From contig DASTSZ010000119.1 of NCBI GenBank assembly GCA_035760425.1, positions 1 to 42,618 of the forward strand: a stretch of DNA of 42,618 nt, given 5' to 3'. Below are positions 1 through 8,255 of this stretch, in pieces. How positions within the stretch are numbered: the stretch's first letter is position 1; every line of letters starts with the position of its first letter. Origin of the DNA: Candidatus Eiseniibacteriota bacterium (GTDB lineage: Bacteria; Eisenbacteria; RBG-16-71-46; SZUA-252). A program made the position numbers and the translations under genes. The notes below the pieces were generated by a model. The model did not search any database and was not told where the DNA came from. It worked only from the letters and a program-made list of their open reading frames with translations.

Positions 1-2
1 AC

Positions 3-452
3 AAGAACGCGAACAATGTCCCCGATCTCGAGGTCTGCTTCTCCAAGGAAGATCTGCGCGCGCTCTTCTCGAACGTGAACGGGCGGCAGTCGCTCGACGC
101 GACGGTGGCGGGATCGCTCATCGGCGGCGGCGTGTTCATGGGCACGTTCGTGGTCGACGTGGTGGGTAGCGGCGGCTCGCTGGCGGCGGCGATCACGCCG
201 AATCCACCGCTTCCGACCGGCACCCTCTCCTTCACGACGACGCGCGGCGGCGCGGCGCGCGTTCGGCTCTTCGATCTGCAGGGGAGGCTCGTTCGGACGA
301 TCTCGGACTCGTCGTGGCTGGGCGCGGGCCGGCACGAGGCCGCGCTCGACGGACGATCCGACAGCGGGGCGCGGCTTCCGTCGGGGGTCTATTACTTCCG
401 GATCGAGGCCGCCGAGGGCACGGCGAGCGGACGGGTGGCCCTGATCCGCTAG
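3..452 (+). CDS. 3' fragment of a secreted protein ending in a FlgD-Ig / T9SS-type C-terminal sorting domain (5' end lies outside the window)
   Basis: Frame 3 is open from base 3 (KNANNVPDLEV...) to the TAG at 450-452. The listed ORF 75..452 is only the part after an internal GTG. The last ~85 aa (NPPLPTGTLSF..RVRLFDLQGRLVRTI..SGVYYFRIEA..GRVALIR) resemble the C-termini of the 4259..6979 and 33793..35811 products. Confidence 0.7.
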   Translation, partial: KNANNVPDLEVCFSKEDLRALFSNVNGRQSLDATVAGSLIGGGVFMGTFVVDVVGSGGSLAAAITPNPPLPTGTLSFTTTRGGAARVRLFDLQGRLVRTISDSSWLGAGRHEAALDGRSDSGARLPSGVYYFRIEAAEGTASGRVALIR

Positions 453-494
453 TCGTCGCGCCGGCGCGACCGCCGGCGCGAGGGGAGACGGCGG

Positions 495-3197
495 CTAGAC
501 GGCCGTCTCCTCCGCGACCGGCGCGTCCTCCAGCGGCGCGAAGCGGCCCTGGAAGAATCGCAGTGTGGGCGGCTCGTAGACGAACGCCAACCCCCGAATG
601 GAATCGCGACGCCGCCAGACGCGAATGATCCCGTCGGCCACCGCGCGCATCTGGTCGTTCGTGTAGACGCGCCGAGGAATCGTGAGGCGCACCAACTCGA
701 GCGCGGGCCGGAGATTCTTCCCCGACGCCGCGTCCCGTCCCTTCGAGACGTTTCCCCGCTCCATCACCCGCACCCCCGTCTCCAAGTAGATCTCGGCCGC
801 CAGTCGCTGGGCCGGGTACTCGTCCTGGTCCACGTGCGGCAGGAACCGTTTCGCGTCGATGAAGACCGCATGGCTGCCGGAGGGCTGCACGATGGGCACG
901 CCGGCGTCGGCCAACAGGCGACCGAGGAACGCCGACTGCTCGACGCGCGTCCGGATGTAGCGGTCGTCGAGCATCTCCTCCACGCCGCGCGCCATCGCCG
1001 CGAGATCCGACGCCGCGAGCCCGCCGTCGGCGCGCCCGCCCTCGTAGACGCGGAGCATCGCCTCGGCCTCCCTCTTCCACTCGGCGTTCTCCTTGAAGGC
1101 CAGCAGGCCGCCGATGTTCACGAGGAAGTCCTTCTTCCCGGAGACCGTGCAGCCGTCGCCATAGACCATCATCTCGCGCAGGATGTCCCGGATCTGAACG
1201 TGGCGGTAGCGGGGGTCGCGCTTTTGGATGAAGTAGGCGTTCTCCACCGCGCGCGTGGCGTCGAAGAAGACGGGAACGCCGACGGCGCTGCAAAGGGCGT
1301 AGACCTCGCGCATGTTGTCCATGCTCACCGGCTGGCCGCCGGCCATGTTGACCGAGTGCTCGAAGGAGACATACGCCACGTTCGCGGCGCCTTGCTCGTC
1401 GATCACGGCCTTCAACTTGGCGAGGTCGATGTTGCCCTTCCAGGGGAAGTCGTTCTGGGGATCGTGCGCGGCGTCGACGATCACGTCGACGAAGCGCCCG
1501 CCCGCCAGTTCCTGATGCACCTTCGTCGTCGTGAAGTACATGTTGCCGGGCACCCACTGGCCGGGCCGGATGCGCGTCTGACTCAGGATGTGCTCGGCCG
1601 CGCGGCCCTGATGGGTCGGGATCACATGGTCGTAGCCGTACGCCTCCCGAATGACCTCCACGAATCGCAGGTACGCGTCGCTCGTGGCGCCGGTGGCTCG
1701 CGCGGCTTCGTACGCGGCCCATTGATCCGTGCTCATGGCGGACGTGCCCGAGTCGGTGAGGAGGTCGATCGTCACGTCCGAGGAGCGAAGCAGGAAGGTG
1801 TTGAACCCCGCCTCGCGGATCGCGCGGAGGCGATGCTCGGTCGTCGTGGTCGGAATCCGCTCCACCGTGTGGACCACGAACGGATAGCAGTCGAACTCGT
1901 AGCCTTCGATGGCCGAATAGACGGAGCGGAAGCGGAGCTCGTCGTTCCAGTCGCCGCCCGCCTGCAACTCGAGGGGCGCGATCCGGTCCCGCTGCTTCCA
2001 GAGATTCACGACGGCGTCGGCCACCTGGTTCAACTGCCACGTCGTCATCGCGAGCCGCGGCACCTGGATCGGCAGATAGTGATTCCGCCCAACCATGCCC
2101 GGAACGAGCGCGCGCGCGCCGCTCGTCTGGTAGAGCGCGCAGGCGAGCGCGTGGGCCGGGAAGACGCTCACGTGGGGGAGGAACTTGTCGGCTTCGATGT
2201 AGGCCCCGTCACAGCCGCGCTCCAGGGGAATGCCTGCGTCCCGCAGGCGCGCCGTGAACTGCTCGCTCTCCCGCATGGCCCACTGGACCTCGGACTCGTC
2301 GCACATCTCCTCGATGCCGCGCGCGAAGACCTCCATGGTCCGCCCCGACATGCCGCCGTACGTGTGAAGCCCCTCGTAGACGACGACCTCGTTCACGAAC
2401 TTCTCGTGGTCGCCGGGATGGTCGGTCGTGAGAATGCCGCCGTTCGCGCCTTTCGGGTCCTGCGCGCCGTCGAGGAGCAGGAGGTGCGACGTCTTCACCA
2501 TCTGCTTCACGAGTTCGGCCACCGGACGGTCGGACATTCCCGGCTCGTGCCGCTGGATGTACCACGCGTTCTCGATGAGCCGGGAACCGTCGAGCGCGAG
2601 CCGCACGCCGCGCTGATCGGCCAGCGCGCGCACCGCCTTCAGATTCGCGAGGCTGAAGGGATGCATGCCGTCCGCGAACGCCTGCAGCTCGATGAGCGCC
2701 ACCGCGCCCCCTGCGAGCGCGCCGCGGAGCCGCTCCAAATCGACGTTGCCCGTGAAGACGGCCTCCTCCGACGCCCGGACGTCGGCGACGGCGATCGAAC
2801 GGGGCGCGAGCACGTCGGCGAGCCATTCGGAGTTGCTCGCCACCGTGGCGCCCGCCGGGACCATCGTCGCGACGACGAGCTTCAGGCAGCCGAGGATGTT
2901 GTGCGTCGGGCAGACATAGGTGTGGCCCAGGACGCGATTCACCGCCCGCTCGAGGTTTTCGAAGTTTCGAGCGCCCGCGTACGCCTCGTCGCCCACCATC
3001 TCGCCGGCGTGCTGCTCCTGCGTGACGGCGCTCGTGCCGTACGACGTCAGGTCGAAGTTCACCTGCGTCGGCGTGAGGTTGAAGGTGTTGAAGTGGGCGG
3101 CCGCGAGGTGACGCTTCCGCTCTTCGGGCGTGGGGAAGGAGACGAGGCGAACGGTCTTGATCTTGTGCGGTTCGTACGTCGGGACGGGAATCGGCAT
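495..3197 (-). CDS. tandem-fused beta-eliminating lyase (two tryptophanase / tyrosine phenol-lyase-like PLP modules in one 900-aa protein)
   Basis: The C-terminal module carries NTFLLRSSDVTIDLLTDSGTSAMS, PTHQGRAAE, FDATRAVENAYFIQ and SGKKDFLVNIGG (PLP-Lys box). The N-terminal module carries diverged versions of the same blocks. An AGGAG sits 8 nt upstream of the ATG at 3197. Confidence 0.9.
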   Translation of the reverse strand: MPIPVPTYEPHKIKTVRLVSFPTPEERKRHLAAAHFNTFNLTPTQVNFDLTSYGTSAVTQEQHAGEMVGDEAYAGARNFENLERAVNRVLGHTYVCPTHNILGCLKLVVATMVPAGATVASNSEWLADVLAPRSIAVADVRASEEAVFTGNVDLERLRGALAGGAVALIELQAFADGMHPFSLANLKAVRALADQRGVRLALDGSRLIENAWYIQRHEPGMSDRPVAELVKQMVKTSHLLLLDGAQDPKGANGGILTTDHPGDHEKFVNEVVVYEGLHTYGGMSGRTMEVFARGIEEMCDESEVQWAMRESEQFTARLRDAGIPLERGCDGAYIEADKFLPHVSVFPAHALACALYQTSGARALVPGMVGRNHYLPIQVPRLAMTTWQLNQVADAVVNLWKQRDRIAPLELQAGGDWNDELRFRSVYSAIEGYEFDCYPFVVHTVERIPTTTTEHRLRAIREAGFNTFLLRSSDVTIDLLTDSGTSAMSTDQWAAYEAARATGATSDAYLRFVEVIREAYGYDHVIPTHQGRAAEHILSQTRIRPGQWVPGNMYFTTTKVHQELAGGRFVDVIVDAAHDPQNDFPWKGNIDLAKLKAVIDEQGAANVAYVSFEHSVNMAGGQPVSMDNMREVYALCSAVGVPVFFDATRAVENAYFIQKRDPRYRHVQIRDILREMMVYGDGCTVSGKKDFLVNIGGLLAFKENAEWKREAEAMLRVYEGGRADGGLAASDLAAMARGVEEMLDDRYIRTRVEQSAFLGRLLADAGVPIVQPSGSHAVFIDAKRFLPHVDQDEYPAQRLAAEIYLETGVRVMERGNVSKGRDAASGKNLRPALELVRLTIPRRVYTNDQMRAVADGIIRVWRRRDSIRGLAFVYEPPTLRFFQGRFAPLEDAPVAEETAV

Positions 3198-3303
3198 GGC
3201 GTCACACTCCTGTCGGGGGCTCGATGAGCGTAGGTCGCCGAGCCGTGAACAACGAGTGGTCCGTCGGTAGCAGGGGCGGGGCGCCCCTCGTGCCGTGAAG
3301 CGG

Positions 3304-3945
3304 CTAGTGTTTGCCGGCCGCGGCGCCCCAGAGCTCGCGGAGGCGGCGATCCCGGCCGCAGCCGAGGCGATAGGTCTGATAGTGGATCGGGTTCTTCTTG
3401 TAGTAGTCCTGGTGATAACCCTCCGCCGGCCAGAAGCGCGTGAGCGGGGCGATCTGCGTCACGATCGGGGCTTTCAGGACCTTCGAAGCCTCGATCCGCT
3501 TCCTCGACGCGACGGCGGCGAGGCGCTGTGACTCATCGACGGTGAAGATCGCCGAGCGGTACTGGGGGCCATGGTCGCAGAACTGCGCGTTGGCCTGCGT
3601 GGGGTCGATGTTGTGCCAGAAGACGTCGAGGAGCTTCGCGTAGGTGGCGACCTTCGGATCGAACGTGATCTCCACCGACTCCGCGTGGCCCGTCCGTCCC
3701 GAACCGACCTGCTCGTACGTCGGGTTCGCTTCGGTCCCTCCCGCGTAGCCGGAGACCACGGATTTGACGCCGGGAATTCCCTCGAACGAGGCCTCGACAC
3801 ACCAGAAACACCCGCCGGCGAAGACCGCCTTGGCGAGCGCGGGCGTCGTTGCGGATGGGGCGCGTTCGGCGGCAAGCGCGGTGCCGAAGCTGAGCGTCAG
3901 GAGCAGGGCAAGAATCGTCGGGTGAAGCCGCATGGTTAGGTGCAT
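3304..3945 (-). CDS. msrA: peptide-methionine (S)-S-oxide reductase MsrA, with signal peptide
   Basis: It has the GGCFWC active-site motif, the GYAGG..NPTYEQV, GHAEsV and YHQDYY blocks, and the signal-like MRLHPTILALLLTLSFGTALAA. The start is ATG 3945 or ATG 3933 (GAGG upstream). The 258-aa track ORF has a non-coding-looking N-terminal extension. Confidence 0.92.
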   Translation of the reverse strand: MHLTMRLHPTILALLLTLSFGTALAAERAPSATTPALAKAVFAGGCFWCVEASFEGIPGVKSVVSGYAGGTEANPTYEQVGSGRTGHAESVEITFDPKVATYAKLLDVFWHNIDPTQANAQFCDHGPQYRSAIFTVDESQRLAAVASRKRIEASKVLKAPIVTQIAPLTRFWPAEGYHQDYYKKNPIHYQTYRLGCGRDRRLRELWGAAAGKH

Positions 3946-4129
3946 GCCTCGGTTACGGGCTCGGCCGCGAACTGTGACGCCCAATCCTAGCGCCTGACTG
4001 CCGCGGACTCCAGCAAACTGACAATCTGACAGGAGCCCGCGCCGGCGCCATCCTCGACCACCGGCCCGCATCACCGCCAAAGCGTGACCGACACGCCCAT
4101 TGCGGCGTTATCTCGCGGCGGCGCGCCAT

Positions 4130-4145
4130 CGGCACGCTCTCTGCG
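4130..4145 (+). promoter_or_regulatory. candidate sigma-54 -24/-12 promoter upstream of the multihaem cytochrome gene
   Basis: The sequence cGGCACgctctcTGCg has a GG and a GC dinucleotide at the canonical spacing. It lies about 115 nt upstream of ATG 4259. Confidence 0.4.
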
Positions 4146-4258
4146 ATAGAAACGTGACGTCACATCCTCCTTAGCGTTTCCCTCCGTCGGAGCCGCCACA
4201 CTTCGACGGAGGGGGGAATCCGGGATCCCGGACGAAGCGCCACTCGCGGAGGCGCGCG

Positions 4259-6979
4259 ATGAGACGCACGATCGACCACCGGCCTCACCATCACCATCTT
4301 CCGTTGCTCCTCTTCTTCGCGCTGCTCGCCCTCCTATTCATGATGCTCGCGCGACCCGCGCACGGGCGGCCCACGATTCGAGCGAGTTTCTTCGCGGCCT
4401 ACCCGACCGCGGTCGGAACGAGGCTCGACAATCTGCCGAGCATCACGGGCCACTGCGGCGTCTGCCACTACAAGTTCACCGGCGGTGGAACGCGAAACCC
4501 ATACGGCGCGGCCGTCGAAGCGGCCATTCCGGGTTATCCGAACACCGACGCCGGTCGCCAGTCGGCGATCTTGAGCGTCGAGAATCTCGATCAGGACGGC
4601 GACGGCGTCGTCTCCAAGACCGAGATCCTCGATCGGAGCATCTACGCCAACACGCCGACCTTTTCGGGTCTCAACGCGACGAACGTGAGCCAGGTGACCA
4701 ACGTCGACGTGAATGACATCCTCAACTACCTGGTTCCCGCGCTCGGCGGCGATACGGTTCCTCCGACCGTGAACGTCCTTTCGCCGAACGGCGGGGAGGC
4801 TTGGACCGGCGGCATTGGGCAGACCGTCACCTGGTCCGCCACCGACAACCTCGCCGTCACCAACGTCGACATCTTCTACAAGGACGGCGCGACGACCGCG
4901 TGGAAGCAACTCGCGAAGAGCGCGCCCAATTCGGGCTCGTTCACCTGGTTCGTCCACAACACCCCGACGCCCTCCGCGAAAGTCCGCGTGGTCGCGCGCG
5001 ACGCGGCGGGTAACCAGGGCGCCGACTCGAGCAACACGGCCTTCACGATCGTCGCGACGCCGGGCGGGATCGCGCCGACCACGCTCCGCGACTTCATTCA
5101 GCCCGGCACGCAGCCCTTCGAGGGCGGCACGCACACGACGAGCGACAACTGCGTGACGTGTCACGGCGGGTTCGACGCCGCCACCGAGCCGGGGCGGAAT
5201 TTCCAGGGGAGCATGATGGCGCAGGCGATGCGCGATCCGCTCTTCCTCGCGTGCCTCGCGATCGCGGAGCAGGATGCGCCGTCGAGCGGCGATCTCTGCC
5301 TGCGCTGCCATACGCCGATGGGCTGGATGGGCGGCCGGAGCCAGCCGACGGGCGGCGGGATGATCCTCTCGAGCGATCGGGACGGCGTCGCGTGCGACCT
5401 CTGCCACCGCATGGCCGACCCGATCTACAAGCCGGGCGTGAGTCCGGTGGAGGATCTGACGGTACTGGGCCTCCTGACTCCCTCGCACGTTCCGACCAAT
5501 TATGCCGGCGGCCAGTACGTGACCGATCCCGATCCGCGAAAGCGCGGGCCCTTCAGCGATACGGTCGCGCCCCATGCCGTCGTCACGTCGAGCTTCCACA
5601 AGACCGGCGACTTCTGCGGGACCTGTCACGACGTTTCGAACCCGGTCTTCACGAAAGTCGGCGAGGCCGACTACGCGCCGGGACCGCTCGACGCGCCGCC
5701 CGCGTCGATGGACTCCCAGCAACTTCTCCCGCTCGAGCGGACCTACAGCGAATGGAAGAACAGCTCCTACGCGGTGGCGGGCGTCTACGCGCCCGACTTC
5801 GCGGGGAACAAGGCCGACGGAATCGTCTCGACCTGCCAGGACTGCCACATGCGCGACGTCGCCGGGAAGGGATGCAACGATCCGGCGGCCGCGACGCGCC
5901 CCGATCTCCCGCTTCACGACATGACGGGCGGGAACGCCTGGCTCGGGCCGATCATCGGCGCCCTCTTCCCGGACGAGACGGACGACGTGGCGCTCGCCGC
6001 GGCATCGGCGCGGGCGGTGCAGACATTGAAGAAAGCGGCCGTGTTGGCGCTCAGCTACGCGACCGAGGCCGACTCCTTCCGCGCGGTCGTCACCGTGACG
6101 AATCGCACCGGCCACAAATTGCCGACCGGCTATCCCGAGGGCCGTCGGATGTGGATCCATCTGACGGCGCGCGACGCCGTCGGGACGGTCGTCTTCGAGT
6201 CGGGCGCGTACGACCCGGCGACGGGCGTGCTCGCCTCGGATCCCGAGCCGCGCGTCTACGAGATCAACCTCGGCATTTCGCCGGGCCTCGCGGGAGCGCT
6301 CGGCATGCCGCACGGAGACTCGTTCCATTTCACGCTGAACGACTCGGTCTACAAGGACAATCGGATCCCGCCGCTCGGATTCACCAACGCGGCCTTCGCC
6401 GCGTTCGGCGGCTCCCCGGTCGATCATGGCGGCGCACCGACACCGCGCTATGCCGACGGCCAGAACTGGGACGTCACGAGCTTCCCGCTCCCCCGCACCG
6501 CGGTCACGATCTCGGCGCGGCTCTACTACCAGACGACCTCGAAGGCTTACGTCGAGTTCCTGCGCGATCAGAACACGACGAATAATGCCGGGCTCAACAT
6601 GTACAACCTCTGGGTCGCGAACGGGCGCGCGGCGCCGGTGCTGATGGCCGCCGACTCGGTGAAGCTGAACGTCACGGGCGTGCCGGACGGGGAATCCGCG
6701 CCGGCCGCGCCGCGGCTCGCGGTGCTCGCGAATCCCTTCGGCTCGACGCTCTCGTTCCGGCTCGAACTGAGCCGGCCGACGCCCGTCTACCTCGAGGTCT
6801 TCGACGTTCAAGGGCGCCGTGTGGCACGCCGTGAGTATGGGACACTCGGCGGCGGCGCCCATCGCATCACCTGGGACGGACGCGACCAGGGAGGTCGCGA
6901 CGCCGGCACGGGCATCTACTGGACGGCGATTCGGGCGGGAGAGACGCGCCTGGTTCGTCAGGTGGTGAAGGTGAAGTAA
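4259..6979 (+). CDS. secreted six-haem c-type cytochrome with an Ig-like domain and a FlgD-Ig / T9SS-type C-terminal domain
   Basis: It has a signal peptide (..LLALLFMMLARPAHG) and six CxxCH motifs (CGVCH, CVTCH, CLRCH, CDLCH, CGTCH, CQDCH). It also has a DQDGDGVVSKTE Ca-loop-like motif and a GHKLPTG block. The C-terminus reads NPFGSTLSF..LEVFDVQGRRV..GIYWTAI..VVKVK. A GGAGG lies 6 nt before the ATG. Confidence 0.9.
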   Translation: MRRTIDHRPHHHHLPLLLFFALLALLFMMLARPAHGRPTIRASFFAAYPTAVGTRLDNLPSITGHCGVCHYKFTGGGTRNPYGAAVEAAIPGYPNTDAGRQSAILSVENLDQDGDGVVSKTEILDRSIYANTPTFSGLNATNVSQVTNVDVNDILNYLVPALGGDTVPPTVNVLSPNGGEAWTGGIGQTVTWSATDNLAVTNVDIFYKDGATTAWKQLAKSAPNSGSFTWFVHNTPTPSAKVRVVARDAAGNQGADSSNTAFTIVATPGGIAPTTLRDFIQPGTQPFEGGTHTTSDNCVTCHGGFDAATEPGRNFQGSMMAQAMRDPLFLACLAIAEQDAPSSGDLCLRCHTPMGWMGGRSQPTGGGMILSSDRDGVACDLCHRMADPIYKPGVSPVEDLTVLGLLTPSHVPTNYAGGQYVTDPDPRKRGPFSDTVAPHAVVTSSFHKTGDFCGTCHDVSNPVFTKVGEADYAPGPLDAPPASMDSQQLLPLERTYSEWKNSSYAVAGVYAPDFAGNKADGIVSTCQDCHMRDVAGKGCNDPAAATRPDLPLHDMTGGNAWLGPIIGALFPDETDDVALAAASARAVQTLKKAAVLALSYATEADSFRAVVTVTNRTGHKLPTGYPEGRRMWIHLTARDAVGTVVFESGAYDPATGVLASDPEPRVYEINLGISPGLAGALGMPHGDSFHFTLNDSVYKDNRIPPLGFTNAAFAAFGGSPVDHGGAPTPRYADGQNWDVTSFPLPRTAVTISARLYYQTTSKAYVEFLRDQNTTNNAGLNMYNLWVANGRAAPVLMAADSVKLNVTGVPDGESAPAAPRLAVLANPFGSTLSFRLELSRPTPVYLEVFDVQGRRVARREYGTLGGGAHRITWDGRDQGGRDAGTGIYWTAIRAGETRLVRQVVKVK

Positions 6980-7007
6980 GGCCGGGCGCTCCAGCCTGAA
7001 ACACCGA

Positions 7008-7035
7008 GCGGCCGGGGGAGGGATCCTCCGGCCGC
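7008..7035. terminator. bidirectional terminator hairpin between convergent genes
   Basis: GCGGCCGGGGGA-ggga-TCCTCCGGCCGC forms a 12-bp stem (one G-U) with a 4-nt loop. It lies between stops 6979 (+) and 7057 (-). Confidence 0.55.
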
Positions 7036-7056
7036 GACCTATTCAGGGCCGCGTCG

Positions 7057-7773
7057 CTACGGAGCGGCGGGGTACTGCGCGCGCAGGAACTCCAGCCGCC
7101 GCGCGATCGGCTCCCGCCAGGGCGTCTTCTTCAATCCGACCATCACTCGCTCCCACGCCACGAGTTCGTGATGGATGTCGCGGTCCCAGGTGACCTTCCA
7201 CGTCCGATCGTCCGCCGCCCACATCAGGCGATTCATGTTTCCCGTGAGCAGCGAGATCGCCTCTTCCGGCAGTTCGAGTTCGCAGGCGGCGGTCATTCGG
7301 CCGATGTAGGCGACGCCGCCGCGCTCCACGACGAACGCGATTCGATCCGTGCCCGCCGTCCCCGGCTTGAAGTTCGCCTCCTCACGCAAGACCTCGATCC
7401 CGCCCGGCCTCGAGGGCTCGATGTACGCGCGATCGGTGCCGATTCGGTTCAAGAGGTACGTCCCCGGGCGGAGCGGCCCGAGTAGAAGCAGATCACGATT
7501 CGGCTTGGCCAAGATCAGAGTGTTCGGATCCTCGACGTCGGCGCAGAGCGCGCTCGGCGCCGGCACCGGCTGGCGCAGGCGTTCGTAGCCGGTCGTGAGC
7601 CCGGTGTCGTACCGGCGCGACTCGACCGCGAATTCGAACTTCATCTGGCAGTCGAGCAGCACGAGGCCCATCGAGTCGGGCGCGCCGAGCGCGGCGCGCT
7701 GCTCGCTCGTCGAGGCGCAGGCGCTCGCGAGAACGAGCGCGAGGAGCGGAGCGAGTTTCCAGATTCCCCTCAC
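7057..7773 (-). CDS. hypothetical lipoprotein
   Basis: It has a signal peptide plus lipobox (LALVLASAC). It uses a GTG start overlapping the stop of the upstream gene (GTGA at 7770-7773). Third-position GC is high. I recognise no family. Confidence 0.72.
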   Translation of the reverse strand: MRGIWKLAPLLALVLASACASTSEQRAALGAPDSMGLVLLDCQMKFEFAVESRRYDTGLTTGYERLRQPVPAPSALCADVEDPNTLILAKPNRDLLLLGPLRPGTYLLNRIGTDRAYIEPSRPGGIEVLREEANFKPGTAGTDRIAFVVERGGVAYIGRMTAACELELPEEAISLLTGNMNRLMWAADDRTWKVTWDRDIHHELVAWERVMVGLKKTPWREPIARRLEFLRAQYPAAP

Positions 7774-8228
7774 GCGGATACCCCCTTGGCCGATGCACCG
7801 GCGACCGCCGCCTGGCTTCGTTCGCGGTAGATCGCGCCGCCGACGAGCGCGGCGAGGATGAGTTCGGCCGCTCCGTAGGCAAGGCTCAATCCCAATTGGC
7901 CCCCGGACACGATCCCGAATTCCGACAGGAGCATGTTGCGCGGAAGGATCGCGGCGACCCAGAGCACCAGCGCCGCGAGGATCGCCGTGCGCGGCCCGGC
8001 GCCGAATCGCGGCCGGATGGCCGCGTAGAGAAAGACGACGAGGAATCCGTAGAGGAGTCGAAGGGAGGTGTTCTCGAGGACGGTGACGACATTGACCGGA
8101 TGCGCGCGGTGCGACGCGAAGGCGCGCACGTACTCGGCGCCGAGCACGCCGTGCCCGAGGCCGACCCCGGTCGCCACCAGGAGGATCCCGGCGGCGAGGC
8201 CGCCGAGCAATAGGCGCGGTCGGTTCAT
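7770..8228 (-). CDS. hypothetical integral membrane protein (~4 TM)
   Basis: Only the last 152 codons of track ORF 7770..8942 look coding (MNRPRLLLGGLAAGILLV.., hydrophobic helices). The ATG is at 8228. The upstream part of the ORF is Arg/Gly-rich shadow sequence. Confidence 0.68.
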   Translation of the reverse strand: MNRPRLLLGGLAAGILLVATGVGLGHGVLGAEYVRAFASHRAHPVNVVTVLENTSLRLLYGFLVVFLYAAIRPRFGAGPRTAILAALVLWVAAILPRNMLLSEFGIVSGGQLGLSLAYGAAELILAALVGGAIYRERSQAAVAGASAKGVSA

Positions 8229-8237
8229 CACGACGTT

Positions 8238-8249
8238 GAGTATATACTC
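8238..8249. promoter_or_regulatory. perfect 12-bp AT-rich palindrome GAGTATATACTC in a 27-bp divergent gap
   Basis: It contains TATACT on both strands, 7 nt before ATG 8256 (+) and 10 nt before ATG 8228 (-). Confidence 0.4.
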
Positions 8250-8255
8250 GGGTTC

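Noticed and set aside
232-3227. Long ORFs 232..2040 (-), 834..3227 (+) and 2209..2826 (-) overlap the lyase gene.
   Set aside because: Their translations are Arg/Gly/Pro/Ala-rich with no recognisable motifs. They lie in alternative frames of a gene with unmistakable tryptophanase homology. These are typical stop-poor shadow frames of ~70% GC DNA.
3281-3295. A sigma-54-like CGGCACgaggggcGC lies on the minus strand upstream of the lyase gene.
   Set aside because: The -12 element lacks the conserved T (GGCGC rather than TTGC). The sequence is simply one arm and flank of the msrA terminator-like hairpin (AGGGGCG-ggg-CGCCCCT, 3272-3288).
4334-6862. An 842-aa ORF lies antisense to the multihaem cytochrome gene.
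   Set aside because: It is a shadow frame (R/G/E/D/P-rich, no signal peptide, no motifs). The sense frame carries six CxxCH motifs and a conserved C-terminal domain.
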